64,000 bases of DNA from Candidatus Eiseniibacteriota bacterium (lineage in GTDB: Bacteria > Eisenbacteria > RBG-16-71-46 > CAZAMP01), in NCBI GenBank assembly GCA_965224245.1, contig OZ245046.1:1408001-1472000 (forward strand), in the 5' to 3' direction. The notes under the pieces are model-generated. The model did no database searches. It worked only from the letters and a program-made list of their open reading frames with translations, and was not told where the DNA came from. A program made the position numbers and the translations under genes. Numbering within the stretch: position 1 is the stretch's first letter; each line of letters opens with the position of its first letter. Positions 29,201-39,300 of this stretch are shown here, one piece after another.

Positions 29201-29692
29201 GGGGGGCTGGGCTTCGAGAAGACCGTCGTCGAGTACGGCGCGTTTCCGACCGACCCGTACTCACACACGCCGGCCCATGCCGGAGCGCAGCAGCCGGGGA
29301 TGACCGGACAGGTGAAGGAGGAGATCCTGACCCGGTTCGGCGAGCTGGGGGTCGCGGTCGAGGGGGGGTGCGTCCGGTTCGCACCGCGCCTGCTTCGCGC
29401 CACCGAGTTCCGGCCCGAGGCCGGCACGTTCGCGTACGTGACGCGGAACGGGGCGCGGCGCGAGATCGACATGGCGGCCGAGTCGCTGGCCTTCACGTAC
29501 TGCCAGGTGCCGGTCGTCTACACGTGCTCGGCGGGCGCGGCCGCCATCCGGACCTCGAGCCCCGGGGCGGCATCGGTCGTCACGCCGGGCGACTTGCTCG
29601 ACGAGGCCACGAGCGCGTCGCTCCTCGGGCGGCGCGGGGAGATCGAGCAGATCGACGTGACCGTGCCTCGCCGCTCACTCGCCCGTTCGTGA
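26204..29692 (+). CDS. GH149 beta-1,3-glucan phosphorylase
   Basis: About 1160 aa, no signal peptide; PFFM...WMF...GGLTAGR...LFPY, RRHGDPSRPWN, YEGNWRDIFQNWE, QRPEWNDANNAL, GAFPTDPYSHTP match GH149 as recalled. Confidence 0.85.
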   Translation: MTSGPTTPTGDLVSIDGETYYRISSSQNLAPFFMTIPSNTDLWMFITSRGGLTAGRVDADRSLFPYQTVDLLHDAHRHTGPITLIRVSIPGERDTVWEPFADVAPRSAPVHRCLYKNVVGNRVLFEETRPDLGLTFRYRWSACDAFGFVRTASLRAHGPDAASGTLVDGVRNVLPYGVPLALQQRASCLVDAYKRTDRIEDLPLAVFSLTAEILDRAEAAEQLRANVAWCHGLGTPAVSLSARSLESFRAGAAAARERVLTGQRGGFFVETPFALASGEHLEWDLVLDVGLGHVRLVELIGLIRESTDLDRRVRSALDHARDDLVRIVASADALQCTGHPVTDAHHVANVLYNTMRGGVFASDHDVPVDDFGDFLSTRNRRVRARSAEFLRTLPRTLSIEELRRVATRAHDPDLERLAFEYLPIGFGRRHGDPSRPWNRFAIQVKNSDGSPVLYYEGNWRDIFQNWEALALSFPDFLPNLIATFVNASTLDGFNPYRLTRDGIEWEIPDPDDPWSYIGYWGDHQIVYLLRLLEALGRTSPATLRRLLDRRIFAYADVPYRLRPYADILRDPHATIDYDHDRAARVDTRVAAVGSDGKLVTGTDGSVSLVTLLEKLLVPALSKLSNLVPDGGIWMNTQRPEWNDANNALVGNGLSMVTLFHLRRYLVFLDDLLADDTRPDPTPWRISAEVAEWMADVGAAISECRRALDRDDVHDAPETADVRDADRLRTLDALGEAFSRYRERVYVDGLSAPVDVTDATIRTVVRDAIAVIDHAIAASRRPDGLHHTYNLLSISTDDETASVRHLYEMLEGQVAALSSGALGVRECVELAKRMVTSRLYRPDQRSFLLYPERELPGFLDRNAVSAARVEAIGLLSALEAAGDVSLIERDGLGTHRFHPDLSNARDVSSVLDRLARSDLWRDGVTRDRARVLALFEDVFAHREFTGRSGTMYGYEGLGCIYWHMVAKLLLAIQEVVHRAIADGEPDDVVNDAIATYHRVRGGLGFEKTVVEYGAFPTDPYSHTPAHAGAQQPGMTGQVKEEILTRFGELGVAVEGGCVRFAPRLLRATEFRPEAGTFAYVTRNGARREIDMAAESLAFTYCQVPVVYTCSAGAAAIRTSSPGAASVVTPGDLLDEATSASLLGRRGEIEQIDVTVPRRSLARS

Positions 29693-29764
29693 GCGTCATG
29701 GGGCGGGCCAGGCTCGCTCCCGCGGCGGCGGGTCGGCTCCGATCGCGGCGGCGATCCTTCGAGC

Positions 29765-31555
29765 TCAGGGGCGGCGGACGAGCCGCATGGTGCGGCGATC
29801 ACCGCCGGCGTCGAGCCGGAGGAAATAGACACCCGGCCCGACCGGGTGGCCGGCCCCGTTCCGTCCATCCCACTCGACCGCGTGCGCACCTCGCGCGTGG
29901 GCCCCGATCGCGAGCGTGCGCACGAGCCGCCCGCGTGCGTCGTACACGACGAGTGACGCATCGCCGCCGGACGGGAGCTCGTAGCGGATTGCCGTCCGGG
30001 GCGAGAAGGGATTGGGGGCAGCGGGTCCCAGGACGTGCAGCGCCGTGACCGCGGGCGGTGAGTCGGACGCGAGGAGATCCTGGTTCTCGAACGACCAGCG
30101 ATCGGTTCGAAACGTCTGGACCCCGCCGGTCGGGCTCACGACCACGATCACGACTCCGATCAGCCGTCCGTTGCCGCCGGCGCTCACGGGAGTCGGGTCG
30201 AAGACGCCGTTCCCACCCCAGTGGTAGGAGTTGTCGTCGTAGAACTCGTCGATCGGGATCGAGACGCGCTGCCAGCCGCCTCCCGACACGGCACCGGGGC
30301 CGGTCGGACTCACCACGAAGTCGAACTGGAACTCGTCGTCTCCGCCGTCACCGACCGGGGGAATGCGGTCGTCACCATCGTCGTCGTCCTGAAGGTTCAG
30401 CTCCAGCGTGTAGCTCTGGTCCGCGTCGGGATTGATCCAGAACGAGAAGTGCGTCACGTCGGTCAGATCCACGGGAAGGGTGCGCCCGAAGACGCCGACG
30501 AAGCCCGCCGGGCCGCCCCATCCCGACTCCAGGGAAAAGCGACAGCCGTCGCCGGGCGGGAGATCCACGGCGCTGGCGCCGATGCCGCCACCGCCGCCGC
30601 CACCCTCACTCCACCAGCCGTTTCCGTAGGGGTCGCCGTGGTCCATGCCGTCGAACAGCACGCCGCGATCGGGGTGCTCGGGCTTCTGGTACACGCGCAC
30701 GTAGTCGATGACGTACTCCTGCGGGAACTCCGTCGTGTCGTCCGGTGGCCCGGGCAGATTTCCCCCGACGGCCATGTTCAGGAGCAGATGGAAGTCGTGG
30801 TCGAACGGAGCGGGGTAGGGGCCCCCCGAGGACGTCCAGAAGCTGTTGCACGCGTACTGGACGCCATCGACGTACCAGCGCATCTCGTGGGGCTCCCACT
30901 CCAGGGCGAACACGTGAAAGCCGTCGTCGAACGTGCCCTCGGGCAAGGTGTGGTCGGTGGTGGCGTAGCGGTGACCCGGGTCCCCGTAGTGCAGCGTGCC
31001 GAACGTGCGATCGGGGTCCTGTCCGAGATACTCCATGATGTCGATCTCGCCCGAGACCGGCCATCCGCCGTAGGGGCTGTCCGTGGGGAGCATCCAGAAC
31101 GCGGGCCAGATGCCCTGTCCGACCGGCAGCTTCGCTCGCATCTCGAAGCGTCCGGTCGTCCAGTCGCCGAGGCCCCGGGTGCGCAGCCGTGACGACGTGT
31201 AGTCGCGTCCGCCGAACGATTCTTCCTTCGCGGTGATCGTCAGGACGCCGTCGGCGACGGTCGAGTTCTCCGCGCGGTAGTACTGGAGCTCGTCGTTGCC
31301 CCATCCACAGAGGTCGGGGCACCCGGTTCCGATCTGGAACTCCCACTTCGTGGGATCGACCTCGGTGCCGTCCAACTCGTCGCTCCAGACGAGCGTGTAC
31401 TCGGCCGCCGAGTTGGACGCGCACAGGCCGAGCAGCGTGGCCGCGATCGCCATCGACCGAGCACGGGACCGGACGGCCACGCGCGACGCGGTGTGGACGG
31501 GCGTGGGACCGTCGCCGGCGGCCGAGGCCGCCGGCGGGGACGTCGGGACGATCAC
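29765..31555 (-). CDS. Secreted GH16 endo-beta-1,3-glucanase + CBM-like domain + FlgD-Ig
   Basis: WSDE, WGNDELQYY, GIWPAFWML, GEIDIME, DYVRVYQ; alternative start ATG 31453. Confidence 0.92.
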   Translation of the reverse strand: MIVPTSPPAASAAGDGPTPVHTASRVAVRSRARSMAIAATLLGLCASNSAAEYTLVWSDELDGTEVDPTKWEFQIGTGCPDLCGWGNDELQYYRAENSTVADGVLTITAKEESFGGRDYTSSRLRTRGLGDWTTGRFEMRAKLPVGQGIWPAFWMLPTDSPYGGWPVSGEIDIMEYLGQDPDRTFGTLHYGDPGHRYATTDHTLPEGTFDDGFHVFALEWEPHEMRWYVDGVQYACNSFWTSSGGPYPAPFDHDFHLLLNMAVGGNLPGPPDDTTEFPQEYVIDYVRVYQKPEHPDRGVLFDGMDHGDPYGNGWWSEGGGGGGGIGASAVDLPPGDGCRFSLESGWGGPAGFVGVFGRTLPVDLTDVTHFSFWINPDADQSYTLELNLQDDDDGDDRIPPVGDGGDDEFQFDFVVSPTGPGAVSGGGWQRVSIPIDEFYDDNSYHWGGNGVFDPTPVSAGGNGRLIGVVIVVVSPTGGVQTFRTDRWSFENQDLLASDSPPAVTALHVLGPAAPNPFSPRTAIRYELPSGGDASLVVYDARGRLVRTLAIGAHARGAHAVEWDGRNGAGHPVGPGVYFLRLDAGGDRRTMRLVRRP

Positions 31556-32952
31556 GGGGTCAGCACCATCCGGCGGGACTCGCGCCCGGAGGACGTCGTG
31601 AGCACGTACCGGTAAACGCCGGCCGCCGCCGGCAGGCCCCGGCTCGTGATGCCGTCCCAGCTCACCGCGTGGCGCCCCGCGACGCGGGTGCCCGAGACGA
31701 GCGTGGCCACGCGCCGCCCGAACACGTCGTACACGCCGAGATCGACGACGTCCGCGCGCTCGAGCACGAACGTGATGCGCGTGGTCGGGTTGAACGGGTT
31801 CGGCGTGTTCTGATGGAGTGTGATCGCACCGGGACCGGTACTCGCGTCCACGCCGAGCGGCGTCGACAGACCGAAGAACACGTCGTCGAACCAGATCGCG
31901 CCGCTCTCCTCGAGCGGCGAGATGAAGAGCAGATACGCCTGCACCTGGACGGTGCCCACCGGCGCCGCCGCGCTCACGCTGCTCTCGGTCCAGGTTCCGG
32001 GCGGTGAGGACGCGTCGGCCAGCGTGACCTCCTCGCCTCCGATCTCGATCTCGACGGCGTCGAGAAAGACGATGCGGGCGATGGCGTAGTTGGCGCCGCC
32101 GTTGATGGGGTCGGCGCACGAGGCGAGCCCGTGCGCGCGCATCTCGAACTCCATGCCGGCCGAGGCGCCGAACGTCTGGAACATCCCCGACGGGCTCTCG
32201 GGCGTGAAGGTCGAGAACATCTTCGCCGAGCCGGGGGCCGTCCGCACGAAGCTGCCGTTGCCCTCCGCAAAGGCGTTGCCGAACGTGCTCCAGCCCGACA
32301 GTCCCGAGTCGAAGCTCGCGTTGGCCAGGAGGTTTCCGGTCGGGGGCTCGGGCGCCGACAACTCGACCAGCGACACGTCGTCCACGAACACCGCTCCGGC
32401 GTCGCATGCCGGCTGGAGGAACAGGAACAGGGCCTCGACACGGAGCGCGCCGCTCGGGGTCGGCGCCGAGACCGAGAACGCGTTCCACTGGTCGGGGACC
32501 GTCTGCCAGTCTCCGATGACGATCTCGTTGGACGAGATCTCCGCGCCACCGGACACCGCGTCGAAGAACGCGATCTTGGCGATCAGCCGGTTCGACGCGC
32601 ACGTGTCCGAGCCGGGAATCGGGTCTCCACTCTGGACGTAGGCGTATCCGCCGAACTCGTAGACCATGTCCGGCGCGGGCGTGAACGCCTGAAAGAAGCC
32701 ACCGACGTCGAACTGCGGGAAGTCGGGGCAGTTCGTGAACTCACCGAAGATCTTGGCCGACTGAGCGCCGGTCCGGGCCTCGTCGCCGCTGATGTTCGGC
32801 CCCGATCCGAACACGGTCCACCCGGTGAAGAGCGGCCGGTCCTCGAACCCTGGATTGTCCAGGAGATTGACGCCGGCGACGGCCTGTGACCCGATCGCGG
32901 ACGCGACGAGGAGCGTCAGCGCCACACGGGCGGGCGTAACGGAACGCTTCAT
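31552..32952 (-). CDS. Secreted protein with two CBM-like domains + FlgD-Ig
   Basis: Signal peptide; NLLDNPGFE and NLLANASFD domains ending VFVDDV/IWFDDV; QNTPNPFNP tail. Confidence 0.8.
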   Translation of the reverse strand: MKRSVTPARVALTLLVASAIGSQAVAGVNLLDNPGFEDRPLFTGWTVFGSGPNISGDEARTGAQSAKIFGEFTNCPDFPQFDVGGFFQAFTPAPDMVYEFGGYAYVQSGDPIPGSDTCASNRLIAKIAFFDAVSGGAEISSNEIVIGDWQTVPDQWNAFSVSAPTPSGALRVEALFLFLQPACDAGAVFVDDVSLVELSAPEPPTGNLLANASFDSGLSGWSTFGNAFAEGNGSFVRTAPGSAKMFSTFTPESPSGMFQTFGASAGMEFEMRAHGLASCADPINGGANYAIARIVFLDAVEIEIGGEEVTLADASSPPGTWTESSVSAAAPVGTVQVQAYLLFISPLEESGAIWFDDVFFGLSTPLGVDASTGPGAITLHQNTPNPFNPTTRITFVLERADVVDLGVYDVFGRRVATLVSGTRVAGRHAVSWDGITSRGLPAAAGVYRYVLTTSSGRESRRMVLTP

Positions 32953-33106
32953 CCTTCACCTTCCCACGTTCGTTGAAAACGGTTTCGAGCGCGGCCGTCC
33001 GCGTGGCGACGGGGAGTCATGCATGGTGTGCGGCACCCGCAGGGTCCGATCACGATCGGTGAGGCGGCGCCGACTCGGGCGCGCGCCACCCCACCGGTCG
33101 GGGCTC

Positions 33107-33739
33107 CTACCTTCCGTACTGCGCCTTCAGCCGGCTCCAGGTCGCGGGCTGGACCGGCACGGCGCTCAGGTCGACCAGCTCCACGTCGTCGATCTGGACC
33201 GCGCCCGGGTCGAACCCGAGCTGCACGAACAGGATGAACGCCTCGACCTGCACGGTCCCCGCCGGGGCGACCCCGACGATCGGTGCGGCCGCATGCCACA
33301 TGTCCGTCGCGAAGCTCGGATCGAGGATCGTGGACTCGACGGCACCGATCTCCACGTCCGCCGCGTCCTTGAACACGATCTTCTGCACGACGAAATTGTC
33401 ACCGATCACGGCGTCGCCGCTCCAGTGCCGCGCGTTCGACGACATCTGCCACTCGGCACCCTCGGCGGTCGGGAACTCCTGGAACATGCCGCTGACCACC
33501 GAGCCGTCGAACGGACCGAAGAGCACTGCCAGCTGGTTGCCGCTGAGGGGCTCGAACTGGGGTGGGTTCGCGGCCTCGGTGAAGACGTTCGCGAACGTGA
33601 TCCAGTCCTGCACGCCGGGTCCGGGCGGTCCGTCTTCCATGCCCGGGTTGGCCAGCTCGTTCGCCGACGCGAGCGAGACCGTCGCGAACACGACGAGACT
33701 CGTGGTCGCGACCCGCTTCATGAAGGTTGGGAGATGCAT
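33107..33739 (-). CDS. Secreted single CBM-like protein with PVQPATWSRLKAQY tail
   Basis: Signal peptide; NELANPGME...VQIDDV domain paralogous to 31552-32952. Confidence 0.8.
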   Translation of the reverse strand: MHLPTFMKRVATTSLVVFATVSLASANELANPGMEDGPPGPGVQDWITFANVFTEAANPPQFEPLSGNQLAVLFGPFDGSVVSGMFQEFPTAEGAEWQMSSNARHWSGDAVIGDNFVVQKIVFKDAADVEIGAVESTILDPSFATDMWHAAAPIVGVAPAGTVQVEAFILFVQLGFDPGAVQIDDVELVDLSAVPVQPATWSRLKAQYGR

Positions 33740-33854
33740 CTTCCTCGGCGCCTTTCCTTGGATCGGTCAGCCGCCGGCGAGCCGGAGCTGACGAGACTCG
33801 CGTCCGCGCCACGACGACACGGGCGCTGGATTTCCGCTCTCGGCGAGCGGCGTG

Positions 33855-33926
33855 TTGACACGAACACCGTCATCCTACACTATGTTCGGTAGTCGAACAA
33901 AGTAATGTTCGCCAATCGAACGAAGT
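33855..33926 (+). promoter_or_regulatory. Promoter with two tandem 23-bp palindromic operators (probably ROK-repressor sites)
   Basis: TTGACA 33855-33860; TATGTTCG-N5-CGAACAAAGT (33881-33903), AATGTTCG-N5-CGAACGAAGT (33904-33926). Confidence 0.75.
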
Positions 33927-33947
33927 CCCAAATCAGAGCGAGGCATC

Positions 33948-34961
33948 GTGCAAGCCGGTTCCCGCCCCGCCGAGCCCGTGGTCGACGTCCGAGGCCTCCG
34001 AAAGGCGTTCTCGTCTGCGGGATCGCTGACCCGATCGCGGCGCGTCGTGGCCGCCGAGGACGTGTCGTTCCGGATCCACCGGGGGGAGGCGGTCGCCCTG
34101 GTCGGGGAGTCCGGGAGCGGTAAGAGCACCATTGCCAAGCTCTTACTGCGTCTGGAGCGACCCGACGGCGGGGAGATCCGGATCGACGGGGCCGACGTGC
34201 TGAGCCGCGAACGACGGCGAGCGTCTGTCGGGTACCGGAGACGGGTCCAGATGGTGTTCCAGGACCCGTTCGGCTCGCTGAACCCGGTCCACGACGTCGC
34301 CCACCACCTGATCCGGCCCCTCCTCCGCCACCGCCGCGCCGCGCCGCCGGATGCACGCCGGCGGGCGGCCGATCTCTTGCGCACGGTCGGGCTGGAGCCC
34401 GCCGAGGACTATCTGGGCCGCCATCCGTACGAGCTCTCGGGCGGCCAGCGGCAGCGGGTCGCGATCGCACGCGCGCTCGCGGTGGAGCCGGACGTGCTCG
34501 TGGCCGACGAGCCCACGTCGATGCTGGACGTCTCGATCCGCATGGACATCTTGAACCTGCTCGCACGCCTCAAGCGAGATCGGGGACTCGCGATCCTGCT
34601 CATCACGCACGATCTGGCCTCGGCGCGCTTTCTCGCCGAGCGCGTCCTGGTGCTGTTTCAGGGACGGGTCGTCGAGAGCGGGTCGAGCGCCGACGTGGTC
34701 TCCACACCTCTTCACCCGTACACGCGGGCGCTCGTCGACGCGATCGCCGACGACCGGCCCCGGGACGCGCGGAGCCCACACGCCACCTTCGCCCTCGAGG
34801 CGCCCACGGGGTCCGGCTGCCCGTTCGCATCCCGATGCCCCGAGGTCTTCGACCCCTGCCTCACGAGCGATCCCGGCCCGACCGAGGTCGACGGACGTGA
34901 GGTGCGCTGTCACCTCCACCGGGACGCGCACCGTCCCGGCTCGACGGGAGTCCAGACGTGA
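33948..34961 (+). CDS. ABC transporter ATP-binding subunit (OppF/DppF-like)
   Basis: GESGSGKST, LSGGQRQR, VADEPT, HPYT, GCPFASRC. Confidence 0.95.
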   Translation: MQAGSRPAEPVVDVRGLRKAFSSAGSLTRSRRVVAAEDVSFRIHRGEAVALVGESGSGKSTIAKLLLRLERPDGGEIRIDGADVLSRERRRASVGYRRRVQMVFQDPFGSLNPVHDVAHHLIRPLLRHRRAAPPDARRRAADLLRTVGLEPAEDYLGRHPYELSGGQRQRVAIARALAVEPDVLVADEPTSMLDVSIRMDILNLLARLKRDRGLAILLITHDLASARFLAERVLVLFQGRVVESGSSADVVSTPLHPYTRALVDAIADDRPRDARSPHATFALEAPTGSGCPFASRCPEVFDPCLTSDPGPTEVDGREVRCHLHRDAHRPGSTGVQT

Positions 34962-36349
34962 CGACCCGGCGGTTTCCCGAGGGCTTCGTCTGGGGCACGG
35001 CCACGTCGTCCCATCAGATCGAGGGCGCAATCCACGCGGCGGGACGCGGGGAGTCGATCTGGGATCGCTTCGCGTCGGTGCCGGGCAACATCGCGGACGG
35101 AAGCGACGCCAGCGTTGCCTGCGACCACTACCATCGCTGGCGCGAGGACGTCCGCCTCCTCGCCGAGCTCGGCGTCGACGCCTATCGGTTCTCGATCGCG
35201 TGGCCCCGCATCCTGCCGACCGGGTGGGGGCCGCTCAACGTGCGCGGGCTGGACTTCTACGACGCGCTGGTGGATGCGCTCGTCGAGGCGAACATCCGAC
35301 CGTTCGTGACCCTGTACCACTGGGATCTCCCGCAGTCCCTGGAGGATCGCGGCGGGTGGACCTCGCGCGACACGGCGGAGGCGTTCGTCGAGTATGCCGC
35401 GGTCGTGACGGCACGACTCGGGGATCGCGTGCGAGACTGGGCCACGCACAACGAGCCCTGGTGCATCGCCGCGCTCGGGTACGGGAGCGGTCAGCACGCG
35501 CCCGGGCATCGAGACCCGTTCGAGGCCCTGATCGCCGCGCACCACGTGCTTCTGTCGCATGGATGGGCGGTGCCCGAGATCCGCCTGGCGTCGCCGGAGG
35601 CGGCGGTCGGCATCGTGCTCAGCCTGTCGCCCGCGAGCGCCCGCACCGATTCCGACGCCGATCGGGATGCGGCCCGACATTTCGACGGAGCATTCAACCG
35701 CTGGTACCTGGATCCGGTCTTCCGCGGACGGTATCCACGGGACGTGATCGCCGATCACGTCCGCGCCGGTCATCTCGATGCGCCGGCGCTCCCGTTCGTG
35801 CGCGACGGCGATCTCGGGGCGATCGCGACCCCGATCGACTTCCTCGGCGTCAACTACTACACGCGGACCGTTCTCGAGGCCGGCCGGAACGGAGCGCCCG
35901 CCGCGGTACGCATGGCTCCCCAGGACGAGCTGACGGACATGGGCTGGGAGGTGCATCCGGATGGGCTCCGTGAGATCCTCGTCCGCATCACCCACGACTA
36001 CGGGCCGGCCGAGATCCACGTGACCGAGAACGGCGCCGCCTACGCCGACGGTCCGGACGATTCCGGTCGGATCGCCGACGCGCGCCGGATCTCGTTCATG
36101 CAGTCTCACCTGGCCGCGGCGCATCGCGCGATCGGCGAGGGCGTTCCGCTCCGGGGCTACTTCGCGTGGTCGCTGCTCGACAACTTCGAGTGGGGGCACG
36201 GCTACGCCAAGCGCTTCGGTCTCCACTGGGTCGACTACGCGACGCAGCGGCGACTTCCCAAGGATAGCGCGTTGTGGTATCGCGACGTCATCGCCGCCAA
36301 CGCGGTGGACGACGCCGTGACGGAGACCATTCGAGGAGGCTCGACGTGA
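34958..36349 (+). CDS. GH1 beta-glucosidase
   Basis: WGTATSSHQIEG, THNEP, VTENG, WSLLDNFEW. Confidence 0.97.
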   Translation: MTTRRFPEGFVWGTATSSHQIEGAIHAAGRGESIWDRFASVPGNIADGSDASVACDHYHRWREDVRLLAELGVDAYRFSIAWPRILPTGWGPLNVRGLDFYDALVDALVEANIRPFVTLYHWDLPQSLEDRGGWTSRDTAEAFVEYAAVVTARLGDRVRDWATHNEPWCIAALGYGSGQHAPGHRDPFEALIAAHHVLLSHGWAVPEIRLASPEAAVGIVLSLSPASARTDSDADRDAARHFDGAFNRWYLDPVFRGRYPRDVIADHVRAGHLDAPALPFVRDGDLGAIATPIDFLGVNYYTRTVLEAGRNGAPAAVRMAPQDELTDMGWEVHPDGLREILVRITHDYGPAEIHVTENGAAYADGPDDSGRIADARRISFMQSHLAAAHRAIGEGVPLRGYFAWSLLDNFEWGHGYAKRFGLHWVDYATQRRLPKDSALWYRDVIAANAVDDAVTETIRGGST

Positions 36350-39300
36350 GCGCGTTCGGACAGGACCTCTCGTGGCCGGTGCTGGCGCGTCGCGCCGGCG
36401 TCGCGCTCGTGATCGTCGCGGCCACGACGGCGGGAACGTTCGCCGCGGAGCGTGCGCCGATGCCCGAGATTTCCATCTCGTCCGGTGACGCGGGCGAGAT
36501 GCTGATCGTGGACGGGCGGCCGTTCATGGTCTTCGGAATGAACTGGGACTACGTCCCCATCGGGCAGAACTACGCCTACAGCCTGTGGAACGAGCCCGAC
36601 GACGTGATCGAGGCCGCGCTCGCGAGAGAGATGCCGCTCCTGGTCGACATGGGCGTCAACGCGATCCGGCAGTACGCGGGGGTCCCGCCCCGATGGGTGC
36701 AGTACATCTACGAGCGCTACGGCATCTTCACGGTGCTCAACCACACCGTGGCCCGCTACGGCTTCACGCTGGACGGGGTGTGGGTGCCGGCCGTCGACTA
36801 CTCGGATCCGCGTCTTCGTGACGCGGTGACCACGGAGGTCGTGGATCTCGTCGAGGCGTTCCGCGACACGCCGGGCGTCTTGATGTGGCTCCTCGGGAAC
36901 GAGAACAACTACGGCCTCTCCTGGACCTCGTTCGAGATCGAGGCCTTGCCCGAGGGTGAGCGCGATGCCGCCCGCGCTCGCCATCTCTACAGCTTGTTCG
37001 AGGAGATCACGCGCGCCATCAAGGCGCGGGACACGGCGCGACCGGTCGCGATCGCGAACGGTGACGTCCAGTACATCGAACTCATCGCCGAGGAGTGCCC
37101 GTCGCTGGACGTCTTCGGCACCAACGTGTATCGGGGGATCTCCAGCCGGGATCTGTTTCAGGTCGTGCACGACCGGCTCGGGCTGCCGGTGCTGTACACC
37201 GAGTTCGGAGCGGACGCGTTCGACGCCAAGCGGATGCGCGAGGATCAGATCATGCAGGCTCGCTATCTGATCGGTCAGTGGAAGGAGATCTACGAGCAGT
37301 CGCGCGGGAAGGGGCGCGTCGGCAACGCGATCGGAGGGCTCGTCTTCCAGTGGAGCGACGGATGGTGGAAGTTCCGGCAGGAGGAGCGGCTGGACGTCCA
37401 CGACACGAACGCGTCCTGGCCCAACGGGGGCTACGTGGAGGACTACGTCGAGGGCGACAACAACATGAACGAGGAGTGGTGGGGGATCACCGCCAAGGGA
37501 AGGCCGGACGCGAGCGGTCTGTACCCGGTCTACCCGCGTGCGGCCTACTACGCCCTTCAGCGGTGCTTCCGTCTCGAGCCCTACGCCCCGTCGACCACGC
37601 TCCAGCGGATCTCCGACCACTTTGACGCCATCACGCCGGCATCGGCCGAGCTGGAGGCCCGGGGGAGTCGCGCGACGCTCCTGGCCACGACCACGAGCCG
37701 GCTTCGCGTCAGCGAGCTCCGGCTCGAGCTCGAGACGTTCAGCACCGGGGGGACGCGCGTCAGCACGCCGGAGAGCGAGGAGGAACCGGCCACGTTTCCC
37801 GCGTTTCAGGGCTTCGATCAGCTCCAGTCGTTCTACGCCGGACTCGAGGCGCAGCCCGCCCCCAACGTTCTGGGCCGGCTCACGATCAACGTGCTGGGCG
37901 ACGTTCCCACCAACCCGATCGACGAGATCTTCTACGAGAACCGCGGGCGCAGGCGCACGCTGGAGTCGGACGACACGACGTTCGACCTGGAGGGAATCGA
38001 GCGGGTGAAGGTCTACGACGCAGCGGTGTCGTGGGACGAGCGGATGTTCCAGCTGGAGGGCTTCTACCGGTCGGGACATTACCACTGGGGATACGAAGGT
38101 GACCTCTTCGGCCTGTACCGCGAGGCGTACTACGGCGAGAACATCGACATCTACAACGGCGAGGCGCCGGTCGGCGTGGTGATCGCCGGCAAGCGCTCGA
38201 TGTCGGGGCTGACGCTCGCGTTCGGTCAGGAGCTCTGGTGGGGGGCGAACCCCGCGATCCTGGTGAAGGCGCGGCGTCAGCTCGGCGACGTGGACGTGAC
38301 CGCGATGTTCCACGAGGACCTGGCGGAGCAGTCCGGGGCCAGGACCTCCAGCGCGGTGCCGCTGCCCGAGACGCGCAAGGCGACCCTCCAGCTCGCCACG
38401 TCGTACCGCGGGCTCGGGATCGAGGTCGGTGGGATCTGGTCGGGTGACACGAAGGTCGGTGACACGTTTCAGATCGCCGACGAGCTTCCGGACGGGGGTT
38501 ACCGGATCCTGCAGGACGAGATCTACGACGAGGACACGATCGGGGGAAAGGCGAGACTCACCTACCAGCGCGGCCGCTGGAACTGGTATGCGCAGGCCGC
38601 CTACATGGGACTCGTGGCCGACGGCGGTCCGACCCAGACCGTGACGTATACGGGGTGGTCGCTGAAGGACACGGGGTCGGGCAACCAGAAGAACGTCGTC
38701 ACCGGGCTCGCCGTCAACCTGGGTCGGTTTCAGGTGTCTCCCAACTTCCTCTACCAGACGCCGATCGTGGGGCCGATCCCCGGCGACGTTCCGTCCCCGG
38801 GACTGCCGCGCAACGTGCTCGACGATCCGTTCGCGGTGCGCGCGAACCGGGAGACGGTCGGCTCGGAGCTCATGATCACCTACGATCCCACGCCGGCGAC
38901 CTGGATGTGGCAGTGGGACGCCGTCGCGCGCGAAGACGCGCGTCTGGCGGCCAGCCTGGGCTTCGTTCATCGCCACCTGCCGACCACGCAGGATGCGGCC
39001 ATCGGCGTTCTGGAGGATGGGTCGACGACGTTCGCGTTCTCGGGGGCGCCGCCGGCCCGGGACCTCTGGGAGATCCGAGCGCGCATCATCTCGCGGCTGG
39101 GGGCGGGCACGCGCCTCGTGGCGAACCTCTTCGGCGGGCGCGGCGAGCCCAACGGCGACGACGATCGTGTCGTGGAACGGGTCGGCGGTGATGCGCGTCT
39201 CGCGGTGGGATCGGTGGCCGTGGAGGTGGCGGCGGCGTTCGACGACTGGGGGCCGTACGACTACCACCGTGACTTCAACCTGACGTTTCCGGTCCAGCTC

